Assembly (NCBI RefSeq): GCF_048593235.1
Contig: NC_133619.1
Location: 396,008,454-396,072,453 of the forward strand
Direction: 5' to 3'
DNA: 64,000 nucleotides
From: Sminthopsis crassicaudata
Lineage: Eukaryota
Positions within the stretch are counted from its first letter, which is position 1. Each line of letters opens with the position of its first letter. A model generated the notes under the pieces. The model did not search any database, had not been told where the DNA came from, and was given only the letters and a program-made list of their open reading frames with translations. The translations under genes were made by a program, and so were the position numbers. Shown piece by piece: positions 41,089-60,229 of this stretch.

Positions 41089-43399
41089 ATGGCGATCTTC
41101 AGTGTTTATGTGGTGAACAAGGCTGGCGGCCTCATCTACCAACTGGACAACTACGCGCCTCGAGCCGAAGCTGAGAAAACCTTCAGCTACCCACTGGACC
41201 TGCTACTGAAGCTACACGACGAGCGCGTTCTCGTTGCCTTTGGCCAGCGGGATGGCATCCGGGGTGGGCGTGGAATTAGGCGCTGTCCTTTCGCGTGGGG
41301 GTGGGGCTGAGGAATGCTTTTCCTCATGAAGGGGCGGGGCTTTTGGAATCCTAGAATCTGATTTGTTCTCTTCCTAGGGGGAGGGCTCGAGAATCTCGGA
41401 ATAGAAATTTTTTTTTTTAATTTTTTTAATTTTTTATTTTTCCTGAGGCTGGGGTTAAGTGACTTGCCCAGGGTCACACAGCTAGGAAGTGTTAAAATGT
41501 CTGAGATCAGATTTGAACTCAGGTCCTCCTGAATTCAAGGCTGGCTCTCTATCCACTGCGCCACCTAGCTGCCCCCTGGAAATAGAATTTTTTTGAGCCG
41601 AGGGGATGTCAGGGTTTTTAGGGCTCTGGGCTTGAGGCTCTTGGAGTCGGCATCGGTTCCTGAGGTGGGAGGACTACGAACCGGGATAACCCAACCCATA
41701 CCTCCGCAGTGGGCCATGCGGTTCTTTCTATCAACGGTGTGGACGTGAATGGCAAGTATACTGCAGAAGGGAAGGAAGTGCTGGAGTACTTGGGCAACCC
41801 CACCAACTACCCCGTGTCCATCCGTTTTGGCCGGCCACGACTCACGTCCAACGAGAAGCTAATGCTGGCCTCCATGTTCCACTCGTGAGTTGCTTTCTCG
41901 CGTGGGGATGAAGGGTGGTTCATTTCCCGAAGGGGCCCGTAGACCTTTTAGCTCGGGAACACAATGGGGCTTCCCCCTCCCCCCGTCCTCCCACACCACA
42001 CTTTTCACCAAAGCTGATCACGCAGGAGGCAACTAGACTTGTTTGCACACAGGCTGTTTGCCATAGGCTCGCAGCTGTCTCCCGAGTTGGGGAGTTCTGG
42101 CATCGAGATGCTTGAGACCGACACCTTCAAACTGCACTGCTTCCAGACGCTGACAGGTGCAGATCTCGGAAGGGGAAGGACCGGGGGGGCTGAGGCTGTA
42201 GGTGGGGCACTGATGTGGTAAGCAGGGTGGGGGTGCCTTTTTTCAACCAAGTGGATAAAACCAAGGTAATCAGATATTCTTTTCCCTTTGTACATTACCC
42301 AAATCACACCTTTAATCCGAGATTGACTTTCATATGTGGCTCGTATTGCCTCTTCAGGGAAAGTTAAGACAGCATAACTTGGTCTCTAAAAATGCTGCAT
42401 TTAGATATCAAGTAGCTTTTATAACATGCCGTTTTTGAAGTCACATACCATTGTTTCCACTACTTAAATAAATTAGGTGACGTAGGGCTTCTCAGTGCTT
42501 TCCCATGTAGTCTAGTGTGAAGAGCATGGCCTTCCTTGTTCTGCACAAAAAAATCTTTGTGCCTTAAGGAAGTTACAAAGGTCTCTCCTGCTTTTATCTC
42601 ATCTAAAAAATGTGTCTGCCCTAATTTCCTAGAAATTATAGCTATAAAAGACAGCGTCTCCTCTGCGCTTTATTTCGATAAAGCAACTCCATTTCATATA
42701 TAGAAAAGTTATTAGTAATAAGATAAAATTAAAAAGTGCCTTGCAAACGTAAAGCTATACAAATGCAAGGCTGAAAAAGCCCTTAGAGATCGTCTAACCC
42801 AGCAACCTCTTTTCACAGGTGAGGAAATTAGAAGCCAAACAGCCAAAGGAAGTTGCCCAAGATCATATAGTTGATGGAAAACTAAGACCAGAAATACTAG
42901 GCTGGCTTTTTGGGGGTTTTCTATTGTATTGTGGACTATGTAACTTTCCTACAATTCACAGGTATCAAGTTTGTAGTACTGGCAGATCCTCGACAAGGTG
43001 GAATTGATTCTCTCCTTCGAAAGATCTATGAGATTTATTCAGACTTTGCCCTCAAGAATCCATTCTATTCTTTGGAGATGCCCATCAGGTAAGCTGCCCC
43101 TTCCCAACCCCTTTATAATTTAGTCAGTTTTGTTGAAAGGGCATCACCTCCACTTAAAGCAGATAGGGATAAATATCTTAAATATGACATGAAACTAAGT
43201 GAGCAATTTCTTGGAGGGAAATGCCCTCCCCTGAGGGTTTTTCTGCCTTTGGTAATTAAGTACTACTTTAAGTCACTATAATTCTTCATCTCTTACTTGT
43301 GCCTTCTTGGCCCAATCCAGGTGTGAGCTGTTTGACCAGAATCTGAAGCTAGCCCTGGAAGTGGCTGAGAAGGCTGGGACTTTTGGGCCAGGATCATAG
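41089..43399 (+). CDS. TRAPPC4: Trafficking protein particle complex subunit 4 (synbindin), 219 aa
   Basis: Exons 41089-41263, 41710-41884, 42053-42156, 42962-43088, 43321-43399. Total 660 nt, all GT-AG: [42 protein letters not shown] at 43640-43645. Confidence 0.98.
41409..41576 (-). mobile_element. Young WSINE1-type SINE in TRAPPC4 intron 1
   Basis: Near-identical to the 26434 copy. Approximate TSD GGAATAGAAATTTTT (41398) and GGAAATAGAATTTTT (41578). Confidence 0.9.
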
Positions 43400-45240
43400 G
43401 CCTGCCAGCAAAAACCAAAACTTGAGATGGACTCAGCTATTTTACTAGAATGGAGATCCAAATACCTATGTTAGAGTACATCAAGAAGAATGGACTCTGA
43501 GCAAGAGAAGATTATGTGGTACCTTTAAAAATCAACTGTTCAGTATGCTGTCTTCTTTTCCCTGTATATAATGTTCCTACCTCCTTAAAGTTGTACAGAT
43601 CTATTTATGGAAGGAGTGAGACATGATTGAAAATGATATAATAAACATTCCTGTGAACCCTGGGGTACCTGGTTTCCAGCTTTGGGGCTTCTGAAAAGCA
43701 TTAAAAGGCAAGACACACAGGAGAAATATAACAGGAGGGGGGAAATGGCATGATCCAGAGCAAAGAGCCCAAACTTAGTAACCTAAGACGTGTCTAATCC
43801 TGAATCTGGTACTACCTAGCTGCTTGACTTTGGGCTTGTCTTTAACTTCTAGATTACACTTTAGCTTCTTCATAGGCTCTTTTTGGAAGACAGTTAAAAA
43901 ATCTGATCCAATACCACTACAACATTCAAGCAAAGGCTGGGTAACCATTTGTTGGGTATGAGATGGTAAGAAGATGAAGAAAACCCCTTACAAGTCACAT
44001 TCTGTATGATTTTTTTGTGATCCGACCTAGCCTTCTCTTAAAGACCTCCACTGACAGAACTCCCTACTTTGCTATGGCCACCTGTTCCATATTTGAATAG
44101 TCCTAAAGATTAATTAATTAATTAATTAATTGTGCAGAACTGAAATCAGGACTTTAGGACCATGGAACATATAAAATGTTTTCTATGAAAATACCAATGT
44201 TTCATATATTTGACACTTAGAATTTTCTTTCACCCCTAAACCCTAAAGTTTCACGTGATCCTTAAGTAATAAATAGGATTTTCAATCTGTTTCCTTAAGT
44301 GTCTTTCCCAGAAATGTGATGCAATCCTAATTCCAGATGTGATCTGACCAGGGAAAATATAGTGGCACACTACAAATCATTAAGGGCAAACAGTAAGGAG
44401 ACAGTTTGATCTAAAAAAAAAATAACAGAACGAGTTTCTGAACAAAGTCCTACTTCAGGGGGAAATTTAAAATGCTACTTTTCCTAGAGGTCATAGAGGG
44501 GTTATGAACATCAAATGAGGTAATAATGTTCAGGTATTCTGAAAAGTTACAAATGCTCTAGTGTATCTTAGGGGTAGGAGAACAAACTGAATGAACCACC
44601 AAGGTGTGGAGCTGTGGAGAAGGGAAAAGCTTCCCTTCTCCAGTGGTGCCAGAACAACCTACCCATTTTGGCAAAAGGTGAAAAAACAAACTGGATCAAG
44701 GTTCTCCCATCCTTTTTGAAATAAATTGCTGACAACATTTAGTATCAAATCTAAATTTTTTTTCCCTTCTGTTACAATGCTTGAGTTCACTCCCTATTCC
44801 AATACCACAGAGTATAAAAGGTGTCACTACCATCCCAAGTCCTCGACACTAGTGTCTGTGGGTGTTCTTGATCATAGTATGTGGGTCTGGCTCCGGCACT
44901 GACCAAACTGCTCTCCCTTCTGACCAGGGACTACCATGATACCAAAGAGAGAGGAGCAGAAGTGGGAAGCAGTTGGGCACAGGGAACCTAACCCTGACGC
45001 AGGCTCAGTTGTGTAACTGTTTGTTTTGGGCACAGGATGGAGCACTGCCATAGCCTGAGAACAAAGGTTATAATTTAAATAAATTGACAGGCGAAGGGTG
45101 TTGGGACCTAGAGCCCTTGTCTGTAATGATAACCCCAATGCCTACGTGAGGCAGAGGCAGAAAAGGGAAGCCAAAGGCTCAATGCCAGATGACGACCAGA
45201 GAGCACCCATGGGCACCAAACAATGCCCCCGAGCCCGCCC

Positions 45241-50720
<5,480 letters not shown>

Positions 50721-50783
50721 TCACACACAAACTGCTGAGTTGGGGCTTTCAGTCTGTCTCCGGTGCTGGGCTCCCCGGTTCCC

Positions 50784-50813
50784 TTTATAGCCACTGTCTG
50801 GGCAATCATTAAG
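50784..50813 (-). promoter_or_regulatory. TATA box and HNF1-like site of the proximal SLC37A4 promoter
   Basis: tttata (TATAAA on minus) at 50784-50789. GGCAATCATTAAG at 50801-50813 matches GTTAATNATTAAC at 10/13. The human G6PT promoter is HNF1alpha-dependent. Confidence 0.6.
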
Positions 50814-51449
50814 CTCTGGGGCGGCTCCCTGGGAACCCAGTGTCCTGGAGGAAAAGGGAAAACAGTGGAGAAAGCGAAGAGAGGGGCCAGTGCTCTGCAT
50901 GGCGCTCTGTGCTCCAAGGTGCTGGGGAGCCGCCTCTCCCCCCCACCGGGACCTCTTCCGTCTGCAGCCCTCCTGCTTGGGAATCCAGCTGTGATTAAAA
51001 GCACAGCCTAATTACCCTTGCCTGCCAGAGGACCCGGGGGAGCCTGTGAGTCCCAGGAAAGCGAGTGAGCAGGGTGTCCCCAGCTTCCCCCTCCCTCATG
51101 TGCTCCCCTCCCCCAGCGCTCACAGAAAGCCGCTGCCTCCGTGCCTCCGGACCCTCACCACTCTCCCACCGTCGCTTTCACACCTAAGCGCTAATCCGGG
51201 GAGCTCCCTGGGCAGCGGCCAGAAACGTGGAGGCCACACCGGGCCTGGGATCAACTGACTGAGCGCTTCCAGCCTAACCTGCGGGAGTCTGGAGCAAAGC
51301 ACTTCTCTGCCGGGCTTCCTCGTCTTCCGTAAACGGGGGCAATAGTCCGGGCACTAACTGCCCACCCACGGCCGCTGTCAGGGAAGTGTCCACTAACTCT
51401 TACAACGCTGTATAGAAACAGCCGTTATTCCTCCACTTCCCACCGTCCT

Positions 51450-52450
51450 ACTCATCTCTCCCCAAAGGTACCAGTGTCACTGCCGGGTTGGGGGGGGGGG
51501 GGAAGAGGGGCCAAATACTTTGGGGGGGAGGTAAGGAAGGACTCTCTGTCTCGATGGGGGGGAGGGGGCATAAAGGGTGACCGAGCGGTCTCAGTGCAGT
51601 CACGGGGCCGTGCACCAGCACACAACAGTGATGCCCTGGGCACCAGGATGGGGCAAGGGCCTCACCAAGCCCACACCTCCTCGGCTAGAACAACTGGCTC
51701 GTGAAGCAAAGGCACGGAGGAGGAGGAGGAGCCGGCCCTGTCCCCCGCCCGGGAAAGGCTGCCCCTCTGCCTCGCTGCTCACTGCCCGTCACCACGGATG
51801 CTGGGTAGGACGAGGGGCGGGAAGCCGGCGGAGGACGGCCGGGAGGAAGCAGCACGGCCGCATGGGCCGGGATCCTCACAGAGAACCAGGGGCGCCGGCG
51901 CGGCAGGGTGGAGGGATGGGGAGGGAAGGACACGTGCCGCAGGAAGGAGCACACCTGCCGAGGCCGGAGGGAGGGGCGGAGGGCGGAATAATTCCGGGAG
52001 AGGCAGGCGAAGTCGCAGCCCCCGTCCTTTTCCAGCACCGCACCTTCGGGAAGAAGGGGCTCTAGCGGCGGGAGCCCAAGGCCAGAGGAGAGGGTGGGGA
52101 GATGCGAGATGCAGAGCGTGCCTTCGCCCTGCTCGGCGCGGCAAACACGGCTCCCCGCCTGCTTGTCTCCCTCCTCCCCTCTCCCTCCTCCCTCCTGTCC
52201 CGTCTGGCTGGCAGCCCGCCTCCTACCTGCGCGAAGCCACTAGAAAATGGCAAGTAAGCATGCGGCGGCCAAGCCCGCCCGGAGCCGAACGCGCAGGCCG
52301 GGGGGGCGGGGCAGAGGTTCCGGCGCATACCCGGCGTTCTAACCCCGCCCCCGCGCGAATAAACTCCGCCCACCGAGCCGGAGCTTCGGTCCCTGCGGTG
52401 AAGGGGTGTGGCCTGCCTGCGATTGTTAATTTCCAGTCCGGTGTTTCCTA
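51450..52450. promoter_or_regulatory. CpG island; probable distal SLC37A4 promoter with a non-coding first exon
   Basis: Very GC/CpG rich with GC-boxes at ~52300-52350. Minus-strand donor GCAG|gtagga at 52227/52226. Confidence 0.6.
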
Positions 52451-53239
52451 AAATCTCTTAAACCCTGGAAGGAAGGTCACACACCGGCCAGTGCAAAGAG
52501 CAAAGAAATTGACCATCCGTAAATGTATTTGTGGAGACCTCGGAAAAGGGAGGTGAGAACCGTATTCCCTTCCAACTCAGAATCGTGAGAACTAAGGCTT
52601 AAAAACAAATTATTGTAAACCTACAACCATCCAAAAAAGTATAATAATCACATAAACGCGGGTCAAGTTGTCAGGAAAACCTGAAGATCCAGACGGGCCA
52701 AGCTGCCGCCCACCGGCTTATTTGCCAGTTAACGCGTGACCTTGAGCAGGACAGCCTCCACGAGTCCTGGGCAGCTTAGCTACCAAATCCCAAAACTGTT
52801 TCAGTTAAGGCCGCAACCAGAGACCCCAAGAAAACCTCAACGGAGAACAGTACATTTTAGAGAGAATATTACAACAAATAGGTTATAAAATGAAGCAGTT
52901 GATATATGTCATTCGGTATTAGCAGCACTTACATATTTTTTAATTGCTGTTGAATTATTGAGTTGTCACTACTGACAAACATTTTACATTCCTAATTCAA
53001 TTTTCAACTGTACTTAATTCCCAGTAGCAAAGATGGGGAGAGTGAAAGAGGGAAAGAAGAATTTAAGATCTAAGCAGGCAGTAGCCAGCACTTATAATAA
53101 TAATAGCTAACATTTATAGAGCTGTTCTTTGAAGTTTGAAAAGTACTTTGTTTTACATAGCCTTACAAAAACCCAATGAAATATAGCCATTTTTTTCATT
53201 TTCTGCCTTTTCTTTCTTTCTTTCTTTTTTTAAATTAAA

Positions 53240-53430
53240 GCTTTTTTATTTTCAAAACATATGCATGGATAATTTTTTAACATTGACCCCTTCAAAACCT
53301 TGTATTCCAAATTTTCTCCCCTTCCCCTTCCCCCTCTCCTAGATGGCAAGTAATCCAATATATGTTAAATATGTTAAAATACATGTTAAATTCAATATAT
53401 GTAGTATAGCTATTATTAACATCATATTAC
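53240..53430 (-). mobile_element. L1 3' UTR end
   Basis: ttttttaaattaaagcttttttattttcaaaacatatgcatgg.. antisense L1 tail. Confidence 0.8.
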
Positions 53431-54879
53431 AAATGAAGCATATAAGGCAATGCATCCACGGTCACGTAGCTAGAAAGTCTCAAAGGCAGGATCTGAACCC
53501 AGCTCTAACCCCTACCAGACTTGTGGGGGACTCTCTGGTCAAAAGTATTTGTCTATTTTGTGTGGTACGAGTGCCTCTCCCAGAAAGAAAGGGGAACTTC
53601 TGTAATCAAACCGAGGTCTAGCCATCCCTTTTGTTACCATGTCAATAGAAATCTGGATAAGTTGCAAAAAAATCAACAAAATATTTACATATTTGGATCA
53701 GAAATGGGAACATTGAGCAATAGAAACACCGCAGCTCTAACTCCTGTCTTCCCTAGCAGAATCCTAAAAGGATGCTCCCTCTGTCCAGGATCCCCTCACA
53801 AACTAGGGACAACTTAGCATCGGAGCTCACAGCTTTCCGAGGTCAGTCTGCCCCCTTGTGGAAGTCCTTTGCAACTTCTTATACAGCTCTGGCCAACTTT
53901 GGCAGTTACTGGCTCCCTTCCTTAGAGAAGCCAGCTGTATATACAATTCACATTTATAGTGTTCTAATTACAAAGCATGTTCCTTGCAAACGCCTTGTGA
54001 GGTAGATGGTGTGAATATCATCACCGTTTTACTGATTAGGAAACCTGAGGATCAGAAATTAAGTGACTTCCCTGTGGTCATACCGCTGGTCACTTGTGGA
54101 GTTGGGTTTTAGATTTGGGTCTTCACTCCAAGGCTAGTGCTCTTTCTACTACATTATTCTGTAAATGGAGATAAGTACTAGACAGCCATGGCACTTGTAG
54201 CTAGAGGAAGTATCACATCAATCACTCCTCTCCGTCCCTTCAGAGATACCCAGGCTATAGGATTACAACATGAGAAGGTACATGATGGGAGAGAAGGAAG
54301 GAAGGGTTAGAAAGAAGTGACTGGTGTCCTAGGTTCAAATCAAAGGACAGCAGTGAGAGGAAAGTGATGTCTTTGGTCTCAGGAGGAGCCTGGAGAGGAA
54401 TGGGTGATAAGGAGGAGGGGAAATATTAAGAATATAGGAAAGGAAGAAAGCCTTACTTTGGAATAAATGGGAGTTCCACCTAGTTGAAGGAAGATGAGGA
54501 CTTTACACTGGGTGGGGCCTGAGAGATTTGGTACCTGAAAAGTTTGCTTGTTTGGGGAAGAGGAGAGCTGAAATCCCTGGGAGTAGCTGGCACCTGGAAG
54601 AGTGAGAGAGCATGGAGCCAAGGAGATTTCCAGGCAAAATACAAAAGAAGGAATAAACCAGTGGAGAGGGAAGTGTCCTATCATAGTTATTCTGATACCT
54701 ACAGTAATTGGCACAATGGAAAAGGGAAATGTGTGAGTTAAACCTACAAGACAGTGTAGAAAATATAAAAGGAAGATTTCAGAATGGATTCTTTGGAAAC
54801 TTTGGTTATATGAAGAATATAAAGAAAAGTGAGAAATCAAATAATTAGAGGGAATCATGAACCAGAGATTAAGGTTCTC

Positions 54880-57470
54880 ACATAAACATAAGGAGAAACT
54901 GGATAATGAAGAATAAAAAAAAATCTTTTTAAAAAAAATAATGAACAGGTCTGGGGGAACTTGCCTGACTGACAGAAAAAAAAAAGAGAAGGGAAAAATA
55001 CATAACCAGATTAAAAAGCAAAAGAAGGGAACTAGTAAACAAAACCCTAATGGAAAAAAAAAAAAAAGGTTAACAAATGAAGAGAGAAATGGAGTAAAAT
55101 ATAAACCTAACTTATAATTTGCAATGTCAATTGATTAAACCAATAAAATGAAAATAAGTGGCAGATTAGTTAAGAAAACAAAACCCTATCATCAGTTACT
55201 TACAAGAAACATATTTTTAAAAATGACATACACCAAATAAAGTTGAGGGGATGGAAAAATTTTATTGTACATCAACTGAATCCAAAAAAGCAGTAGTAGT
55301 CATCATGCTATCAGACAAAATAAAAATAAGCATTAAAAAGAGATGAACAAGAAAATTATATTGAAAGGAATTATAAGCAACCAATAAATATCAGTAATAA
55401 ATTTATATGCTTCAAATGTCTTAGTATACAAATACAATATCATTATCTAACCAACACAATAGCAGTAGGACACTTTAATATCTTTCTATCAGTTTTAGAT
55501 AAATCTAAGAGAAAGCTAAACAAAAGGAGGAAAGTGGAACTGAAAAAAAATTCTGATAAGACTAGAGTTAAAAGACTTATGGTGTCTTCTAAATAGAATA
55601 ACAAAAATGTACAAAGTTCTCTGCACCATATGGAACTTTTACAAAATTTGACCACACACTAGGACACAGGGATGTTACAAAGAGATGTAAAAAGACAGAA
55701 ATATTCAATACATCCCTTAAAGACTATAATGCAAAAAAGAATAGAAATTGATGGGGCAGCTAGATTGTGCAGTGGATAGACAATGGGCCCTAAAGTCAGG
55801 AGGACCTGAGTTCAAATGCCATCTCAGACACAACACTTCCCAGCTGTGTGATCCGGGCAAAGTCACTTAGCCCCAATTGCCTCAGCAAAAAAATAAAATA
55901 AAATAAAAACTGACTTAGGGACCCCAAACATAAGCTACAGACCCAATGGAGACTTAACAATGAAATCTCAAATAAGGTATAACCAAATAACAAATATTAG
56001 TAATTATGTTACACAAAAAATAAATAACAGAATTGAGGTTTGAACCCAGGTCCTGTAACTTCAAATTCAGTATTACTTCCACCGTACCATAATGTAGTGG
56101 TACAATGTACCATAATGCAGTGGTACATTGCACTGTTGAATATCAAAGAATACTTTGATATTTTGCTAGTTTGGGATGTAGAAAAAGTTCAAGCTCTTTA
56201 TTACATCTATCACTTGCTCCCTTCTTTCTTCCTTTCTTCCTTCCTTTCCCTCCCTCTGTCCACAACGACGGTATATTATGAAAATGACCAATATTGTATT
56301 AAAATTGTATTAAAAACCATGATTATTTCAATAGATGCAGAATAATCTTTGATAAAGTATAACTTTCTTTTATGCTAAAAACCCTACAAAAATTGGTATA
56401 GAGGGATCTTTTTTAATATTTTAAAAACCATCTTTTTAAAACCAAAAGTAAGTACCATATGCAATGGGAATGCATTAGAATCTTTTCTAATAAATATAGG
56501 AATGAAAAAAAAAAGCTTACTCTCCCCACTATTACTAAATATAGTTCTGGAAATGCTGGCATTAACAAAAAGACAAGAGAATTAAGAGTAATAAAGATAG
56601 ATTTTAAAAAGAAAACTATCATTTTTTGCTGATCATATAGTAGTTTATGTGGAATATCTCAGAAAATCAGCAAAGATAATTGAGGCAATCAATGGCTTTA
56701 GAAAAGTTGTGTGTTTGTGTGCTACAAAACAAATTACTATAGATTAGGTCACAGAAAAAATATTTACTAATATTTCTAAGGTTAGCACATTTGTGTATCC
56801 AAAAATAACATTCTGTCAACTACCAGTTTGTCATTCCCCTCTGCACCTGTGTACCTCAAAAATCCCTTGTGTACCCTCAATCTTAACATGCAAATTGGTT
56901 AGCTCCAAAAGCCACTGAGATCAGGGGTTAAGTAACCCATTCTCCAGACACTTTGGTCATCTCTCCTCAGGAGCATGTTTAAACTAAATCCTCCCCACTA
57001 AATGGAACCGTGCCTCTATGACCCTCAATGAAACACTACCCTTACTTGAAAACTATAAAGCAGTCTAGCAGAAATTATACAACAAAATACAGCACACTAT
57101 AATACTTTCTCAATTTATATATGTGTGTGACCTTAATATTCAAGCCCATACTGTAAATAAATTAGAAGAGAAACAGATCACGTATCTCTTGAAGCTTTAG
57201 TAATAGATATATTTTAATCAAATAGATTGATTTAGAGGCAAATCTAAATTGAGATTTAGAAGCAATTGTAAAAGATAAAATAGATAATTTTGATTACTTG
57301 AAATTGAAAAAGCTCCTGCAAAGACAACCTTAATGCATCTAAAATTAAAAGAGAAATGATTAAATGGGAGACAATTTTTCTATCAAATTTCTCTAATTAA
57401 GGGTTTAGTATCCAAGATAAATGAACAATGAATAAATATGTACAAGAATAAAAATATACTTCTCCTCAAC
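54880..57470 (+). mobile_element. Decayed old L1 (ORF2 EN/RT pieces) interrupted by a SINE at 55753-55912
   Basis: Degenerate motifs (atgctatcagacaaa, aatttatatgcttca, atgattatttcaatagatgcagaa, ttttgctgatcatat). The SINE reads ggggcagctagattgtgcagtgg...A-tail. Confidence 0.7.
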
Positions 57471-57479
57471 TACAAAGTG

Positions 57480-58940
57480 GGGATAATAGCATCTACTTCA
57501 CAGGGTTTTTTTTTAATTAAAGCTTTTTATTTTGAAAACATATGCATACGACCAGCAGGATGATTTCAGAGAGGCTGGGAGAGACCTACATGAACTGATG
57601 CAAAGTGAAATGAGCTGAACCAGGATATCATTGTACACAGGAACAACAAGACTATATTATGATCAACTCTGATGGATATGGCTCTTTTCAACACTGAGAT
57701 GATTCAAACCCAGTTCCAGTTGTGCAGTCTTGAAGAGATACCTAGAGAGAGGACTGTGGGAACTAAGTGTGGATCACTACATAGCATTCTCACTCTCTCT
57801 GTTATTTGCTTGCATTTTTTTCTGTTTTTCTTTTTCTTCCTTCTAGATCTGATTTTTCTTGTGCAGCCAGATAACTGTATAAATATGTATACACTTATTG
57901 AATGTAACCTGTATTTCAACATATTTAACATGTATTGGACTACCTGCCAGCTGGGAGAGGAGGTGGGAGGAAGAAGAGGAAAATTTGGAACAAAAGGTTA
58001 TGCAAGGGTCAATGTTGGGAAAAGTACCCATGAATATGCTTTCTAAATAAAAAGCTTTAATTAATTAAAAAAAAAAAAAAGAAAACATGCATAGATAATT
58101 TTCAACATTCACTCTTGAAAAACCTTGTATATACATTTTTTTCTCCCTCCCTTGCCCTCACTCCCTCCCTTAGACAGCAAGTAATCCAGTATATGTTAAA
58201 CATATGCAATTCTTCATACATATTTCCATAATTATCATGCTGCATGAGAAAAATCAGATCAAAAAAGAAAAAAATGAGAAAGAAAACAAAATGCAAGTAA
58301 ACAACAAAAAAAGTGAAAATACTATTTTGTGATCCACACTCAGTTCTCACAGTCCTCTCTCTGGGTCTCTCCATCACAAGACCATCGAAATGGGTCTGAA
58401 TCACCTCGCTGTTGTAAAGAGCCACATCCATCAGAATTGATCATCATATGAACAAACTGATCATAGAAAGGGCTGGAGAGATTTACATGAAATGATGCTG
58501 AATGAAACAAGCAAAACCATGAATACACTGTACACAATAACAGCAAGAATGTGCGATGATCAATTATGAAAGGATTGGTTCTTCTCAGAGATAAAAGAAA
58601 TTCCAATAGACTTTGGACAGAAAATGCCATCTGCAACCAGAGAAAGAACTAAGGAGACTGAATATAAATCAATACATACTGTGTTCCCTTCTTTTTTCTG
58701 TTTTTTTTTTTTTTTTAATCTCTCCCATGGTTTTTCCCATTTGCTCTGATTTTCATCTCCCAACATAATTCATAAAAATTGTGTATTAAAAGTAAATAAA
58801 TAAAAAATTAATTGGTCACCATATAATCTTGCTGTTGCTTTTACAGGGTTTTGTAAAGATCAAATGAGATAATTTTTGTAAATGCACAAAGTACTAATAA
58901 ATGCTTACAAGTGCTTAATAAATGTTCATTCTCCTTCCCC
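57480..58940. mobile_element. Nested composite: MIR/MAR SINE split by an antisense L1 3' end, which is itself split by two sense L1 3' ends
   Basis: TSD-like pairs: acagggtttt (57500/58843), gaaaacatatgcat/gaaaacatgcat (57534/58081), aattgatcatcatat/aattggtcaccatat (58435/58810). Confidence 0.8.
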
Positions 58941-60229
58941 TTTTGTATATATACTGTATAAAAGTAGACCATATAATACAGTAGGATCTTGTATTCCCTA
59001 TATCTTAGTTAATTGTGCAACTGCGAATATGTGATTAGTTATAGAAAAAAAATAAGCATTTCTTTTTCAGAAGTACATCAAGGATGTCCTCAAAGTATAC
59101 ATAGATCATTGATATAAAGACAGAAGAAAAAGTTGATATAGATAAGTGGTTTTGTGGTCCTTTATCAATTTGGGAGGGGTTATAATACTGTCTATCAATG
59201 AATCAACAATCATTTATTAAATGTCTAATAGCACTAGCATTACATATAGATTTAAGGTTTGCAAAGTGCTTTATTTGTTATCTCATTTGAGCCTTATAAC
59301 AATTCTGAGAGAGGTAGTATAATAGTTTATAATCTCCATTTTACAGATGAGGAAACAGATTTTTTAAGGTTAAGTGACTTGCTTGAGTCACATAGCTATT
59401 AAGTGTCTGAGGTCATATTGGAACTCATGTCTTCCTACTACAGGTTCAGCATTCTATCCACTGTGTCACTTCACTTCCAGAGAATATGTTAGAGACACGA
59501 AAAGTGAAATAGTCCCTGCCTTCAAGGAACTTTTAACAGGAGAGCCAAAAGGTACATAAATTTATACCTAGTCTGTATGAAGTAAATATAAAGTAGTTTG
59601 GAGAGGGAGGAAAGCTGCATGTAGAAGGTGTTGATTGAGCTGAGTTTTGGAGGAAATCAGGGATTCCAAGAGATAGAAGGGAGGAAAGACTGCCCCAGGT
59701 ACGAGCTGAGCAAGCACTTGGGGACTGAAAATGGGAGCAGCAGGAAGCAGAGCCCCTTTGGAGAGAATATACTAGGTCGTGGAATGGAAGAAGGCTGTCA
59801 GGTGTGAAGACAAGTCCCAGAGGAGTTATATTTGATCCAGGGCCAGACCTAGGCTTTAGGCCAATGTGTATAAGCTTGACAGAGAGACATCAAATAAGGG
59901 ATCATTGTAAAGGTTTGGGCCAGGGGAGATTCAGGCCCACACTAGGGTGCTAGTTGGTTTGTCCTTGGGTCCAGAAGAGGAGCATGACATAACTGCATGT
60001 AAATTGGATAATTGGATTTAAGTGAGGGTGGTCCGGTGGCAGGACACGGGTCAGGCGGATGGGAGATGTCTATGAGGGAGGAGGTATGTAAGGGATGTAT
60101 GTGGAGCTAGAAACGGATTGGTCAAGTGGGTGAGGATGCCGCCAGCACTGGGCCCTGGGGGACTGGAAGGGCGTCGTCACACATACACCCTCACTCCGGT
60201 TTGCCTCTTTATCACCTCTTGCTGGGATC

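Noticed and set aside
51452-52451. Several 100-217-aa ORFs in the CpG island
   Set aside because: GC-rich, stop-poor sequence yields overlapping ORFs on both strands with low-complexity Arg/Gly/Pro translations.
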